This document shows, piece after piece, positions 29,892 through 42,168 of a stretch of 57,205 nucleotides of DNA. The DNA comes from Myxococcota bacterium. Its GTDB lineage: Bacteria > Myxococcota_C > UBA6777. The notes under the pieces are model-generated. The model made no database searches, was not told where the DNA came from, and saw only the letters and a program-made list of their open reading frames with translations. How positions within the stretch are numbered: the first letter of the stretch is position 1; each line of letters opens with the position of its first letter. The position numbers were made by a program, and so were the translations under genes. Location of the stretch: NCBI GenBank assembly GCA_023150835.1, contig JAKLKB010000058.1:1-57205 (forward strand), in the 5' to 3' direction.

Positions 29892-30008
29892 CTTAGACGA
29901 GATCTGCCCGTGATGTGATCGTAAAGACGTAGGGGCAGCCCCCTGTGGCTGCCCTATTACAGGGCGTCTGTGTGCTATCCTTCGATCACACATCACTCGG
30001 ATATCGTA
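29892..30008. repeat. Module R (REP-containing) standalone copy
   Basis: acgagatctgccc...gtaggggcagccccctgtggctgccc...cggatatcgtat. Confidence 0.8.
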
Positions 30009-31814
30009 TTACTCGATCACCAGGCGAAAAGAAACATCGGTTCCACCCGCACGAAAGCACAAGACAGGGTTGGGTGTAGCGATCCCAAAGTGCGAACAGT
30101 ACCAGCTTTCTTCGGTCTGTTTTGGCAAGAGAGCGCCGTCGCCAAAGAAGCGGATCCGCACGACGCCAACAGGTGTAGTCAACTCGGCTGTTTGCTCGTC
30201 TTGGTGGGTGATGACACAACGCGGATGAAGATGCAAGCGTGCGATCACAGACACGGGTTGTTGGGCCGAGATCTGATCGTAAACCACCAGTCGCCCTGTG
30301 TGTGACCAATCAAAGCGCCTCTCGTGTCGGGCTTTTTGGGGGAGTCGCATATAGCCGTCGTGCCACGCTTGCAGCGAAAATCCTGCATCATCGGCCTTCC
30401 ACAAGACATCATGGGGAAAAGCGCGCTCGGCCACACGAAATGCTCCCCAAAACACGGACTGATCGACACCTTCGATCTCGACGGTGTTGTGTGCGCGGGT
30501 AGATCGAACATAACGCCGCATCGGACTATCGAGGTAATCACAGACGCCGCTATCGACGACGATCCGCTGTCCACGCAACGACAACTCAAACGAAAAAGTA
30601 TCGCCGTGTGCGTGGCCCGGAAGATAATCGGGTCCGATCAGACCTGCATCACAGATCACATACGAACCGCTCTTGTTGCTTGCGCCATAATAACCCGCAT
30701 CCCGAAGCGCCCAAACCTTGTCTCTCGCAGACATCGGTGCATCGGGGGCCAGCCGCGCAGAAGCATGGTGTACGCCATCAAATGGCCGATTCTCTCGCAA
30801 CAAGGACGCCTCGTGAACGCTACCAAGCCCCTGCTCATCGAATGAAACCGAAGAACCGCTCTCGCTCTCAAACGACTGATTCTCTAGCAACACAGACGGT
30901 TCGTGAACGATCCCGAATGCGCTATCATTCAACAGCGCGATCTGTCCGTCAGGATGACAGAGGACACGCAAAGCGTCCAACATCGCGGGCAAATAGCGCG
31001 CAGCCAAGGCCCGTGTCGGCTCATCTCCGTGAGTCGCAAGTAGCCGAACCACCGCCGTCATCCGCAGATGGTACATCGGCGAACGCTCAAAGTGCATCCC
31101 ATCCGGCAAGATCTGTTCGGGCAGTTCGCGTTGGAGCAAAGACAAGCCGACGGCTCGCCAGCGCGCAGCATCCGCCCCCAAAAACCGCGCACCCAACAGC
31201 GCCAACGCAGCGGCATTTTCAAACAAGTGATTTCCAAGCAGATGGTACTCAAGGCGCGCACACAAGGATTCGGCTTGCGTGTGTAGACTTCTCCAAAGCC
31301 GCTCGCAAAGCTTCGGATCGCTCGTCGTTTTCTCACGGTGTCGTTCAAAAAAATAACCGCACCAATTCATCAGCCGCAACGATGTTGGGTAGGGTTCCAT
31401 CGCCGTAGAATCGGGGGCTTTCTGCACAAAGGACAGCCAATCTGTGACCACCTCGACGGCTTTGTCCCACGACATCGACCACAGCCACTCGAAGTAATGC
31501 AGGTTGTACAGCCAAAGCTTCGAGGCCCCCAAAGCCGACCAATCCGGCGGGAAACCAAGGGATCTGTGTTCATGCAAAAAGCACCATCGCCCCGCCAAGA
31601 TCGCGTCATGCTGTCCTGCCTCGTTCGGCGGTTCAAGCCATGCCGAAGTCGAAAGCTCTGTACACCCGGGGAATGGTGACGGCGGATGCTGACTGAGGCG
31701 AGTATACCACCGATGCAACGGGCGTATCCGCGTCCAGACCTGCCCCACAAGCTGCTCCGCACGCAAAGAAGACAACGTGTGCCAGTAACGCTGGATCATC
31801 TCAATCATCCACAA
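30009..31814 (-). CDS. Heparinase II/III-like protein
   Basis: KLWLYNLHYF, EPYPTSLR, NHLFEN, DGMHFERSPMYH, PGHAHGD, RSTRAHNTV. Confidence 0.88.
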   Translation of the reverse strand: MWMIEMIQRYWHTLSSLRAEQLVGQVWTRIRPLHRWYTRLSQHPPSPFPGCTELSTSAWLEPPNEAGQHDAILAGRWCFLHEHRSLGFPPDWSALGASKLWLYNLHYFEWLWSMSWDKAVEVVTDWLSFVQKAPDSTAMEPYPTSLRLMNWCGYFFERHREKTTSDPKLCERLWRSLHTQAESLCARLEYHLLGNHLFENAAALALLGARFLGADAARWRAVGLSLLQRELPEQILPDGMHFERSPMYHLRMTAVVRLLATHGDEPTRALAARYLPAMLDALRVLCHPDGQIALLNDSAFGIVHEPSVLLENQSFESESGSSVSFDEQGLGSVHEASLLRENRPFDGVHHASARLAPDAPMSARDKVWALRDAGYYGASNKSGSYVICDAGLIGPDYLPGHAHGDTFSFELSLRGQRIVVDSGVCDYLDSPMRRYVRSTRAHNTVEIEGVDQSVFWGAFRVAERAFPHDVLWKADDAGFSLQAWHDGYMRLPQKARHERRFDWSHTGRLVVYDQISAQQPVSVIARLHLHPRCVITHQDEQTAELTTPVGVVRIRFFGDGALLPKQTEESWYCSHFGIATPNPVLCFRAGGTDVSFRLVIE

Positions 31815-31877
31815 AACCCCAAGCCATCGGATTTTTTATCAACAAGCGCACTCTTCTGCGCGTGGAAAGCATCGCCA

Positions 31878-34157
31878 TCAATGAAGGTGCGTCTCAAAGG
31901 ATGACAACAACAAGGCTGCAAGATCTTGAGAGATCGTTTCGTTAGGTGCCAAAAGCTCGGATTTTTCGGCCTTTGCGCGTTCGGGAACAAAAGAACCGTT
32001 TGATTCAGACTTCTCAAAGCCTTGTGGGATCGAGACCACCTTTGCTTCTCGCGCAGCTTCTACCGCCGCAAAAGAAGCGCGGGTGACGTTGACGATCTCG
32101 GCCAAAGGGATCGGCGGGAGGCCGCCTGTGCGCAAGGTCTCCACAAAGGCCATCATCTCGGCCTGATGGCCTTTATCTTGACGCAAGGTGCGAAGGCTAC
32201 TGAAGGATTTGAAGCCAAAGCCCTCGGTCGAGCGAAAGTTATCCATCCGAATGACTTGTTGATCAAAAAACAGTTCGAGCGTTTCTTTGGGGAAACTTTT
32301 GCTGCCGTTGGCAAAATAATTCAAGGTTGCAACCGATCCGTCGGCCATCTGCAACAAGATCGACATCTTGTCTTCGCGGATATCGGCCTTTTCTCCCACC
32401 ATCATCGCAGAGACCGCAGTGATCGGGCTGCCTGCAAGGAAGGACAACAGATCAAGGAAATGACAACCTTCGCCGATGATCCGACCGCCGCCGAGTTCGG
32501 GGTCTTGGGTCCAATGGCTGCTTGGGATATAGCCGGCGTTGACGGTCATCTGCATACACAAGGGTCCACTGCGTCCACGCAGGGCTTGTTTGATGTGCTG
32601 GATGTGTGGGCTAAAGCGACGATTAAAGCCGACCATCAGGCATTTGCTGGGTGCTTTGCGTGCGTGAGCGATCACCTTGGAAAGCTCGATCTCGTTGAGT
32701 GCAAGGGGCTTTTCAACAAAGACGTGCTTTCCTGCTTGCAAGGCATCGCAGACTTGTTGAGCGTGGACGTGATGCCCCGTCACCAAAAACACGGCATCGA
32801 CGCGAGGATCGGCCAAGACTTCCTTGTAAGACGTCAACGCTCGCAGCGCTTTTGCCTGTTTCGCTGCATGACGCGCTGCAAAAGGCTTGTGATCGACCAC
32901 CGAATCGATCACCGCAACGGTCTTCGCAAGGGCCGGAATCAAGGTGCTGACCGCAAAGTTTCCCGCTCCAACGACGCTGACGCATACGGCCTCACGTGGC
33001 ACGACGCGGCCAACCTCCAGTACCATCTGTGCGCTGCGCAACGGAGTGTGTTGGGGATATGTCAAGACGACACCCAAAGCTTCGCTATCGTGGCGGATTA
33101 CCTCGTAGGCTTGGGTGGCTTGCGCGATCGCAAAACGGCGAGAGATCATCGAATCGACTTCGACGCGCCCTTTTGCCATCGCTTGCACAAAGGCTTCAAA
33201 GTTGCGTTGTTCGGTCCAACGCACCAATCCGTACGGATAATCGTGGCCCTGCTTTTCGTACGCCGCATCGTAACGCCCGGGCCCATAGGAACAAGACACC
33301 TGAAACGTCAGTTCTTTTTCGTAAAAATCACTCCGCCGAAGGTTGAGGCCCACCACGCCCACAAGGATGATCCTTCCGCGCTGTCGGCTGATCTGGGCGG
33401 CTTGGTGCATGATCTCGTCAGTCTTGGCAGAAGCCGTCACCAACACGCCGTCTACACCGCGCCCTTGGGTCCATGCAGCGGCGTGTGCGATCGGATCTTC
33501 TCCCCGCCCCAAACGCACAACCTCTGCGCCATACGAAGCAGCAAGATTCAAGCGTTCTTCGTTGAGATCGATCGCTAAGACTTCACAACCATTCGCTTGC
33601 AACAACTGGATGCTCAACAGCCCCAACAGTCCGACGCCAACGACCGCAAACCGCTCACCCATCGCCGGTGCAGCCAGCCGCATCCCCTGCAAAGCGATGC
33701 TTCCAAGCGTCGTAAAGGCCCCTTGTTCGCTGCTGACGTTGTCGGGAAGTTTGACACACAGATTGCGCGGAACCACGACGAGTTCCGCATGATGGCCGTT
33801 GCTTGCAACCCGATCTCCGACTTGGATATCCTGTACCCCCGCGCCCACTTCCAACACAACACCTGCGTTTGAATACCCCAACGGAAGAGGCTGATCCAAC
33901 TTTCGCAGCACCGCATCCACCGTACTCAAGAGGCCATCCGTTCGGACTTTTTCGAGGACTTGCTTGACCTTCTCAGGTTGCGAGCGGGCCTTGTCGAGCA
34001 AATTGGCCTTGCCAAACTCAACCAACATCCGCTCCGTCCCTGCCGAGATCAACGAGGCTTGGCTCTGAATCAACACAGCCCCCCGTGACAACGATGGCGC
34101 GGGTAGTTCAGCCACTTCTAACTCACCCGTCCGTAAATGCTGCAACACCTGCTTCAT
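31878..34157 (-). CDS. Bi-domain oxidoreductase (Zn-ADH-like plus Gfo/Idh/MocA)
   Basis: SLISAGTE, PLGYS, SYGPGRYD, RWTEQRN, GAGNFA, VFVEKP, VGFNRRF, GEGCHF. Confidence 0.9.
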   Translation of the reverse strand: MKQVLQHLRTGELEVAELPAPSLSRGAVLIQSQASLISAGTERMLVEFGKANLLDKARSQPEKVKQVLEKVRTDGLLSTVDAVLRKLDQPLPLGYSNAGVVLEVGAGVQDIQVGDRVASNGHHAELVVVPRNLCVKLPDNVSSEQGAFTTLGSIALQGMRLAAPAMGERFAVVGVGLLGLLSIQLLQANGCEVLAIDLNEERLNLAASYGAEVVRLGRGEDPIAHAAAWTQGRGVDGVLVTASAKTDEIMHQAAQISRQRGRIILVGVVGLNLRRSDFYEKELTFQVSCSYGPGRYDAAYEKQGHDYPYGLVRWTEQRNFEAFVQAMAKGRVEVDSMISRRFAIAQATQAYEVIRHDSEALGVVLTYPQHTPLRSAQMVLEVGRVVPREAVCVSVVGAGNFAVSTLIPALAKTVAVIDSVVDHKPFAARHAAKQAKALRALTSYKEVLADPRVDAVFLVTGHHVHAQQVCDALQAGKHVFVEKPLALNEIELSKVIAHARKAPSKCLMVGFNRRFSPHIQHIKQALRGRSGPLCMQMTVNAGYIPSSHWTQDPELGGGRIIGEGCHFLDLLSFLAGSPITAVSAMMVGEKADIREDKMSILLQMADGSVATLNYFANGSKSFPKETLELFFDQQVIRMDNFRSTEGFGFKSFSSLRTLRQDKGHQAEMMAFVETLRTGGLPPIPLAEIVNVTRASFAAVEAAREAKVVSIPQGFEKSESNGSFVPERAKAEKSELLAPNETISQDLAALLLSSFETHLH

Positions 34158-34404
34158 ACAAAAAAACTCCACACGTCACAACGGAGGCCACCGCCACAAC
34201 ATCAACGCGTTGACACATCGATCATTGCGGCCATCACAGGCTGATCCAATCTCTTGCGTTACCTTGCGCGCACGTTATACACAAAAAGTTCTCCCCCGTC
34301 ACACTGATTTTGATCTACAAAGAACACTCGCCCTTCAGCCAAGGCCGAAGCTGCCTTGGTTGCCTCCTCTCAACCAAAGAAACTAGGGAAAGCAAACCAT
34401 AATC

Positions 34405-35613
34405 ATGCGAATCTTGATTGACGCATCCACAGCAAACATCGGCGGAGCTCAAACTTATATGAGAAGCATTCTTCGAGAACTTCCCGCCGTCGCCCCAAAC
34501 GACAAGTTCGCCGTTGTCGTTCCTGGAAGTATGTACGATGGCTTGCTCGATGATCTTGACCGCGCAACCACAAACAGTAGCTTGCCGCCTGATTTCATGC
34601 GCTTCTACTTGCGCAAGACCGATTCTTCAGATCTTTATGCCCAATTCTACCAGCGACTCACGTGGCTTCCCAACATCATCAAAAAGTTTCAAGCAGATGT
34701 TCTTTTTTCCTCCACAGGCTTTGGCGTCTGGAATAGCCCATGTCCCGAAGTTCTCTTACTTCCAAATTCAGCGTATTTCTGTCAGGCTTACGAAGAAAAA
34801 TCGTGGCAATTGAGACAAAACAACCTCAATCTCTACATCCGACGCTGTCTCAGCCTGCTCTCCATCCAAGCCGCCCACACCGTCCTCTTTCCCACCGAAA
34901 GTATCAAACGCGAAGTCCAACGCCTGCTCTCCCTCGAACACAAACCCACCCAAGTCCATCACTATGGCGTCGATCTCTCTGCCTTTTCCGTGAACGATCC
35001 CCCACGCCCCGCCATCGCGGACAAGGTCCAACGCTGGAAAAAAGAAGGTTACAAGATCCTTTTGCATGTTTCTTGGTACGCTGTACACAAAAACATCGAA
35101 GTCGTCTTAGAGGCCCTTCCAGCGGTCTTGCGTGCAGGCCACAAGATCAAATGGCTGACCACCCTTTCCCGCGAAAAAACGGGCGACAAACCACAATACG
35201 ACGCCTTTTTCCAACGTGCCGAAGCCTTGGGTCTCAGCGAGATCATCGAAAGCAGTGGATATCTCCCCCACGAAGAATTGGTCTGGCTGTATCGCCACGC
35301 CGATCTGTTTGTCTTTCCCTCCTATACGGAATCTTTCGGACAACCGCTGATCGAAGCAATGGCTGCGGGCCTCCCGATCGTCGCATCCGATCGCCCCGTA
35401 CATCGCGAACTCGGCGGCGATGCCGTACTTTATTTTGATACCTTCGATCCTACAGATTGCGCCCAAAAAATCCTCCATGCGCTTGGCTCTCAAGGCGCAA
35501 CCACCGACTGGCGTGCTCGATCGAAACAACAAGCTGCACGCTACGACTGGCGCGCTTATGCTCGACAGCTTATCGACTTGCTGCACAGCGTTGCCCTCGT
35601 TGGCCGATCGTAG
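34405..35613 (+). CDS. GT4 glycosyltransferase
   Basis: HKN, FVFPSYTESFGQPLIEAMAAGLPIVASD. Confidence 0.88.
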   Translation: MRILIDASTANIGGAQTYMRSILRELPAVAPNDKFAVVVPGSMYDGLLDDLDRATTNSSLPPDFMRFYLRKTDSSDLYAQFYQRLTWLPNIIKKFQADVLFSSTGFGVWNSPCPEVLLLPNSAYFCQAYEEKSWQLRQNNLNLYIRRCLSLLSIQAAHTVLFPTESIKREVQRLLSLEHKPTQVHHYGVDLSAFSVNDPPRPAIADKVQRWKKEGYKILLHVSWYAVHKNIEVVLEALPAVLRAGHKIKWLTTLSREKTGDKPQYDAFFQRAEALGLSEIIESSGYLPHEELVWLYRHADLFVFPSYTESFGQPLIEAMAAGLPIVASDRPVHRELGGDAVLYFDTFDPTDCAQKILHALGSQGATTDWRARSKQQAARYDWRAYARQLIDLLHSVALVGRS

Positions 35614-35724
35614 CCTAGATCATCCGAACGGATGGCCCACAGCATACCGCAATATCCGCTCGTTTCGATGTTCGACACCTCATTGGTGAACCCATCACCG
35701 CCCTTCGCACAGAAAGGTCCCCTC

Positions 35725-36024
35725 ATGGCAGATCCGATCGAACCCACCCACAACGGCTGTCTCATCCATGTGTACGCCGCTCCGCGTGCTTCACGAACGC
35801 AATTCGTCGGAATCCACGACGGTATGCTCAAAGTCCAGATCGCCGCCCCCCCCGTCGATGGAGCCGCAAATGAAGCGCTGATCGCCTTTTTCGCACTCTC
35901 CCTCCAAGTATCCAAAAAGGCCGTCCACCTCGCCTCGGGCTCTTCCAACAAACGCAAGACCCTCCAGATCGAGGGTGTCTCTTCTGCCCAAGCCCGCGCT
36001 GCCTTCGGCCTCCTCGATCTCTAA
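35725..36024 (+). CDS. DUF167 (YggU/UPF0235) family protein
   Basis: PRASR...LKVQIAAPPVDGAANEALI...SG.S..RK. Confidence 0.9.
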   Translation: MADPIEPTHNGCLIHVYAAPRASRTQFVGIHDGMLKVQIAAPPVDGAANEALIAFFALSLQVSKKAVHLASGSSNKRKTLQIEGVSSAQARAAFGLLDL

Positions 36025-36247
36025 ACCACAAACCCTGCGCGGTCTTCGGCCTCCTCGATCTCTACACCACAAACCATCCTCCGCTCTTCCACAAAGCCCT
36101 CTCCCCACAAGCACAAAAACTAGAACGCGTTCTAGCCTCGGGTGCTTCGGCCTTGAGATCCAAAGCCTTTCACTAACTCCTTGAAAAATCAGGAAACAAT
36201 CAACATTCCCCTGACGATACTTGTGTGTTGTCTGATGCTCGCCAACT

Positions 36248-36737
36248 GGCATTGCGAGAGCGGTTGTGTGGGTTGGGTGTACCGTTGGAAGTCGGCAGCG
36301 GTGGGCAAACGAAGTACAACCGCAGCCGACAAGAGTATCGGAAAACACATGGGCTCGATGCGGTGTGTGTGGGTATGTCGGGAGAACGTGTGTTCGTGGC
36401 CGCAGAGCAAGAAGTGCTGGAGATCAAGGCGATGGGACGGGGAAGTCGGCAGAAGTGCAGAATGGATCAGTATGGCTTTCCACGCACAAGCCCGAAAGCA
36501 AGAGAAAAGAAGGTGCATGGCTTTCAAACAGGAGACATGGTGAAAGCTGTCGTCGTCGAGGGAAAGAAAGCAGGGTGTTATGTGGGAAGAGTGGCCGTCC
36601 GAAGTTCCGGCAGCTTCAACATCAAAACCCGAAGTGGTACCACACAAGGCATTTCTTACAAACATTGTCGTATCCTTCAACACACCGATGGATACGCTTA
36701 CACACGAAGAAAGGACGGCGTTTCAAAGCCCGCCTAA
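36248..36737 (+). pseudogene. iscB: C-terminal remnant of the IscB RNA-guided endonuclease (IS200/IS605 superfamily)
   Basis: GSGGQTKYNR, RuvC-III THGLDAVCVG, GRGSRQ..RMDQYGFP, GFQTGDMVKA, GRVAVRSSGSFNI, DGYAY; no PLMP, RuvC-I or HNH part and no recognisable full omegaRNA upstream. Confidence 0.88.
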
Positions 36738-36857
36738 AGGCAGGGGTCTCCACGCCGAAGAAACGATGACACACCGATGGATACGCTTACACACGAAGAA
36801 AGGACGGCGTTTCAAAGCCCGCCTAAAGGCAGGGGTCTCCACGCCGAAGAAACGATG
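36680..36857. repeat. Exact 89-bp tandem duplication of the iscB 3' end and the element's terminal hairpin
   Basis: 36680-36768 equals 36769-36857; contains gcccgcctaaaggcaggggtctccacgccg. Confidence 0.9.
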
Positions 36858-37277
36858 AAGTTGAATATTCAGGCACGAGGAATGGCACTGACAGATGCGA
36901 TGCGTGGTCACGTGGAAGACAAACTCGGTAAACTGGACCGAATCCTCCCGGGCGAGATCGAAGCCCATGTGATCCTTCAATATGAATCCGCTCGAAACGG
37001 AGCCACGCACCAAGCCGAAGTGAGCTTCCGTGTCTGGGATAATGACATCGTCTCCAAAACAGAAGGCGAAGACCTGTACAAGGCCATTACGGAAGTTTCG
37101 GAACAAGTGACCAAACAATTGCGGCGTTTGAAAGAAAAGCGGGTGGGAAATCGCAAGGGTGGCGCGACGGTGCGCACGATGGACAACCCCGAAGGAACCC
37201 CCGCATCGACCGAAGAATCCATGGAAGACTTGGATGCTTTTGAAGAAGAGGCCGTCGAAGCCACTCCCAAAAAATAA
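36855..37277 (+). CDS. hpf: Ribosome hibernation promoting factor (HPF/RaiA) with an acidic tail
   Basis: MKLNIQARGMALTDAMRGHVEDKLGKL...DLYKAI...QLRRLKEK. Confidence 0.88.
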   Translation: MKLNIQARGMALTDAMRGHVEDKLGKLDRILPGEIEAHVILQYESARNGATHQAEVSFRVWDNDIVSKTEGEDLYKAITEVSEQVTKQLRRLKEKRVGNRKGGATVRTMDNPEGTPASTEESMEDLDAFEEEAVEATPKK

Positions 37278-37517
37278 CCCAAACCGCACACAGACCCCGC
37301 ATCGACAAGAATCCAAAAAAGAGGAGCGACGCGATCGGTCGAGGGTGGCGGGTGTTTTCCCTTCCCTCGCATTTGATGCGTCCGCTGTTGCCGATACGGC
37401 GGTGATTGGGTGGCGGGTGTTCTCCCTCACCCCGCCCCCTTGTCACGGACCCCTTGTCGCTCCTGAACACGCCCTCGATTGATGTGCCGAAACCGAAAGC
37501 AAGGAGGCAAAGACTCG

Positions 37518-40691
<3,174 letters not shown>

Positions 40692-40878
40692 GCCGTTTTT
40701 GGCAGACACGGTCCCTTCGGTCGTTGCGCGCTTGCGTCGCTCTGGTGGTTGTTGGGGACAGAGGTAGACGCGCCCCCTCCAACGAGTGGTTGGGGGGTGG
40801 CGCGCTTCTGCTTTGGGGGGTTCGCAACAACTGCTCCGAAGACAGCGCGTGATCAAGTCCAAGGGACGCAAGTGGGAG

Positions 40879-41994
40879 ATGTTTGTGAAGATCAAACAAG
40901 ACCAGAGTCGATTTCGCCAGATCGTGCGCGGCCAGATCAAAAAGAACTTGAGGAAGTTTATCAGCAAAGGAGAGCTGATCGGTCGCCAAGGCAAAGAAAC
41001 CATCGCGATCCCCTTGCCGCAGATCGATATCCCGCGTTTTCGCTACGGTACGCGCAACGCAGGAGGCGTCGGCCAAGGCGAAGGAGAGGTCGGTGATCCA
41101 GTACAACAAGGCGGAGATCCCAACCAGCCCGGCCAAGGCAAGAAAGCAGGCGAGATGCCGGGAGAACACGCGATCGAAGCCGATATCAATCTCGATGAGC
41201 TTGCGGAGATATTGGGCGAAGAACTTGAGCTTCCGCGCATCCAACCACGTGGCGAAAAGCAGATCGCGACGGAACGCGACAAGTACTCGGGGATTCGGCG
41301 CGTCGGGCCGGAGTCGTTGCGCCACTTTAAGCGCACGTATCGCGAAGCCCTCAAGCGCCAGATCGCTTCGGGGACCTATGTACACAACAACCCGATTATC
41401 GTGCCGATCCGCGAGGACAAGCGCTTTCGCTCGTGGAAGACCACCAAGATCCCCCAATCCAACGCGGTGATCATCTACATGATGGACGTTAGCGGTTCGA
41501 TGGGCGACGAACAAAAAGAGATCGTACGCATCGAGTCTTTTTGGATCGACACATGGCTACGTTCGCAATACAAAGGCTTGCAAAGCCGCTACATCATCCA
41601 CGATGCCACCGCCCGCGAAGTCGATGCCCATACCTTCTTTCACACCCGTGAGTCGGGCGGGACGATGATCTCTTCGGCGTACCGCCTTGCGCAGCGGATC
41701 ATCGAAGAAGAATATCCCAAGGATCAATGGAATATCTATCCATTCCATTTTTCCGATGGCGACAACTGGTCACAAGACGATACCGCTCGTTGTATGCAGA
41801 TCTTGCGGGAGTATATGTTTCCGACGTGCAACGTCTTTTGTTATGGACAAGTCGAAAGCCCCTATGGATCGGGGCAGTTTATGAAAGATCTGGAGCACGA
41901 ATTCCCCGACGACGAGCGGATCATCTTGTCCGAGATCCGCGACAAGGACGGGATCGTCGCCTCGATCAAGGAGTTCCTTGGAAAAGGACGCTGA
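40879..41994 (+). CDS. yeaH: YeaH/YhbH (DUF444) vWA-like protein
   Basis: [49 protein letters not shown]; between prkA and spoVR. Confidence 0.92.
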   Translation: MFVKIKQDQSRFRQIVRGQIKKNLRKFISKGELIGRQGKETIAIPLPQIDIPRFRYGTRNAGGVGQGEGEVGDPVQQGGDPNQPGQGKKAGEMPGEHAIEADINLDELAEILGEELELPRIQPRGEKQIATERDKYSGIRRVGPESLRHFKRTYREALKRQIASGTYVHNNPIIVPIREDKRFRSWKTTKIPQSNAVIIYMMDVSGSMGDEQKEIVRIESFWIDTWLRSQYKGLQSRYIIHDATAREVDAHTFFHTRESGGTMISSAYRLAQRIIEEEYPKDQWNIYPFHFSDGDNWSQDDTARCMQILREYMFPTCNVFCYGQVESPYGSGQFMKDLEHEFPDDERIILSEIRDKDGIVASIKEFLGKGR

Positions 41995-42168
41995 CGTGTG
42001 CCACCCGATCGGACCGGGCCGTCTACCGAGAACGTGTGGTGGGTGGCTTGACAGTGACCTCTCACAGCGCGATCAGAGGGGCGAATTGACGATGACCCCT
42101 TGCAGCGTAAGCAGACAGCATCGCCAACCGAGAACCCCGAGAACCCCGAGGATGCGGAGATTTTTTTG

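Noticed and set aside
27235-29918. Long plus-strand ORFs (392 aa and 302 aa)
   Set aside because: Antisense shadows of wecB and the glycosyltransferase
29847-29996. N-terminal extension of the GT4 gene
   Set aside because: Translation of the module R repeat; homology starts at RILFFSHY
32022-33578. 518-aa plus-strand ORF
   Set aside because: Antisense shadow of the bi-domain oxidoreductase; no motifs
36225-36737. Functional IscB/OMEGA nuclease
   Set aside because: Only the C-terminal portion remains; no RuvC-I/II, HNH or recognisable complete omegaRNA
37280-37517. Sigma-54 promoter upstream of prkA
   Set aside because: No convincing TGGCAC-N5-TTGC -24/-12 match seen
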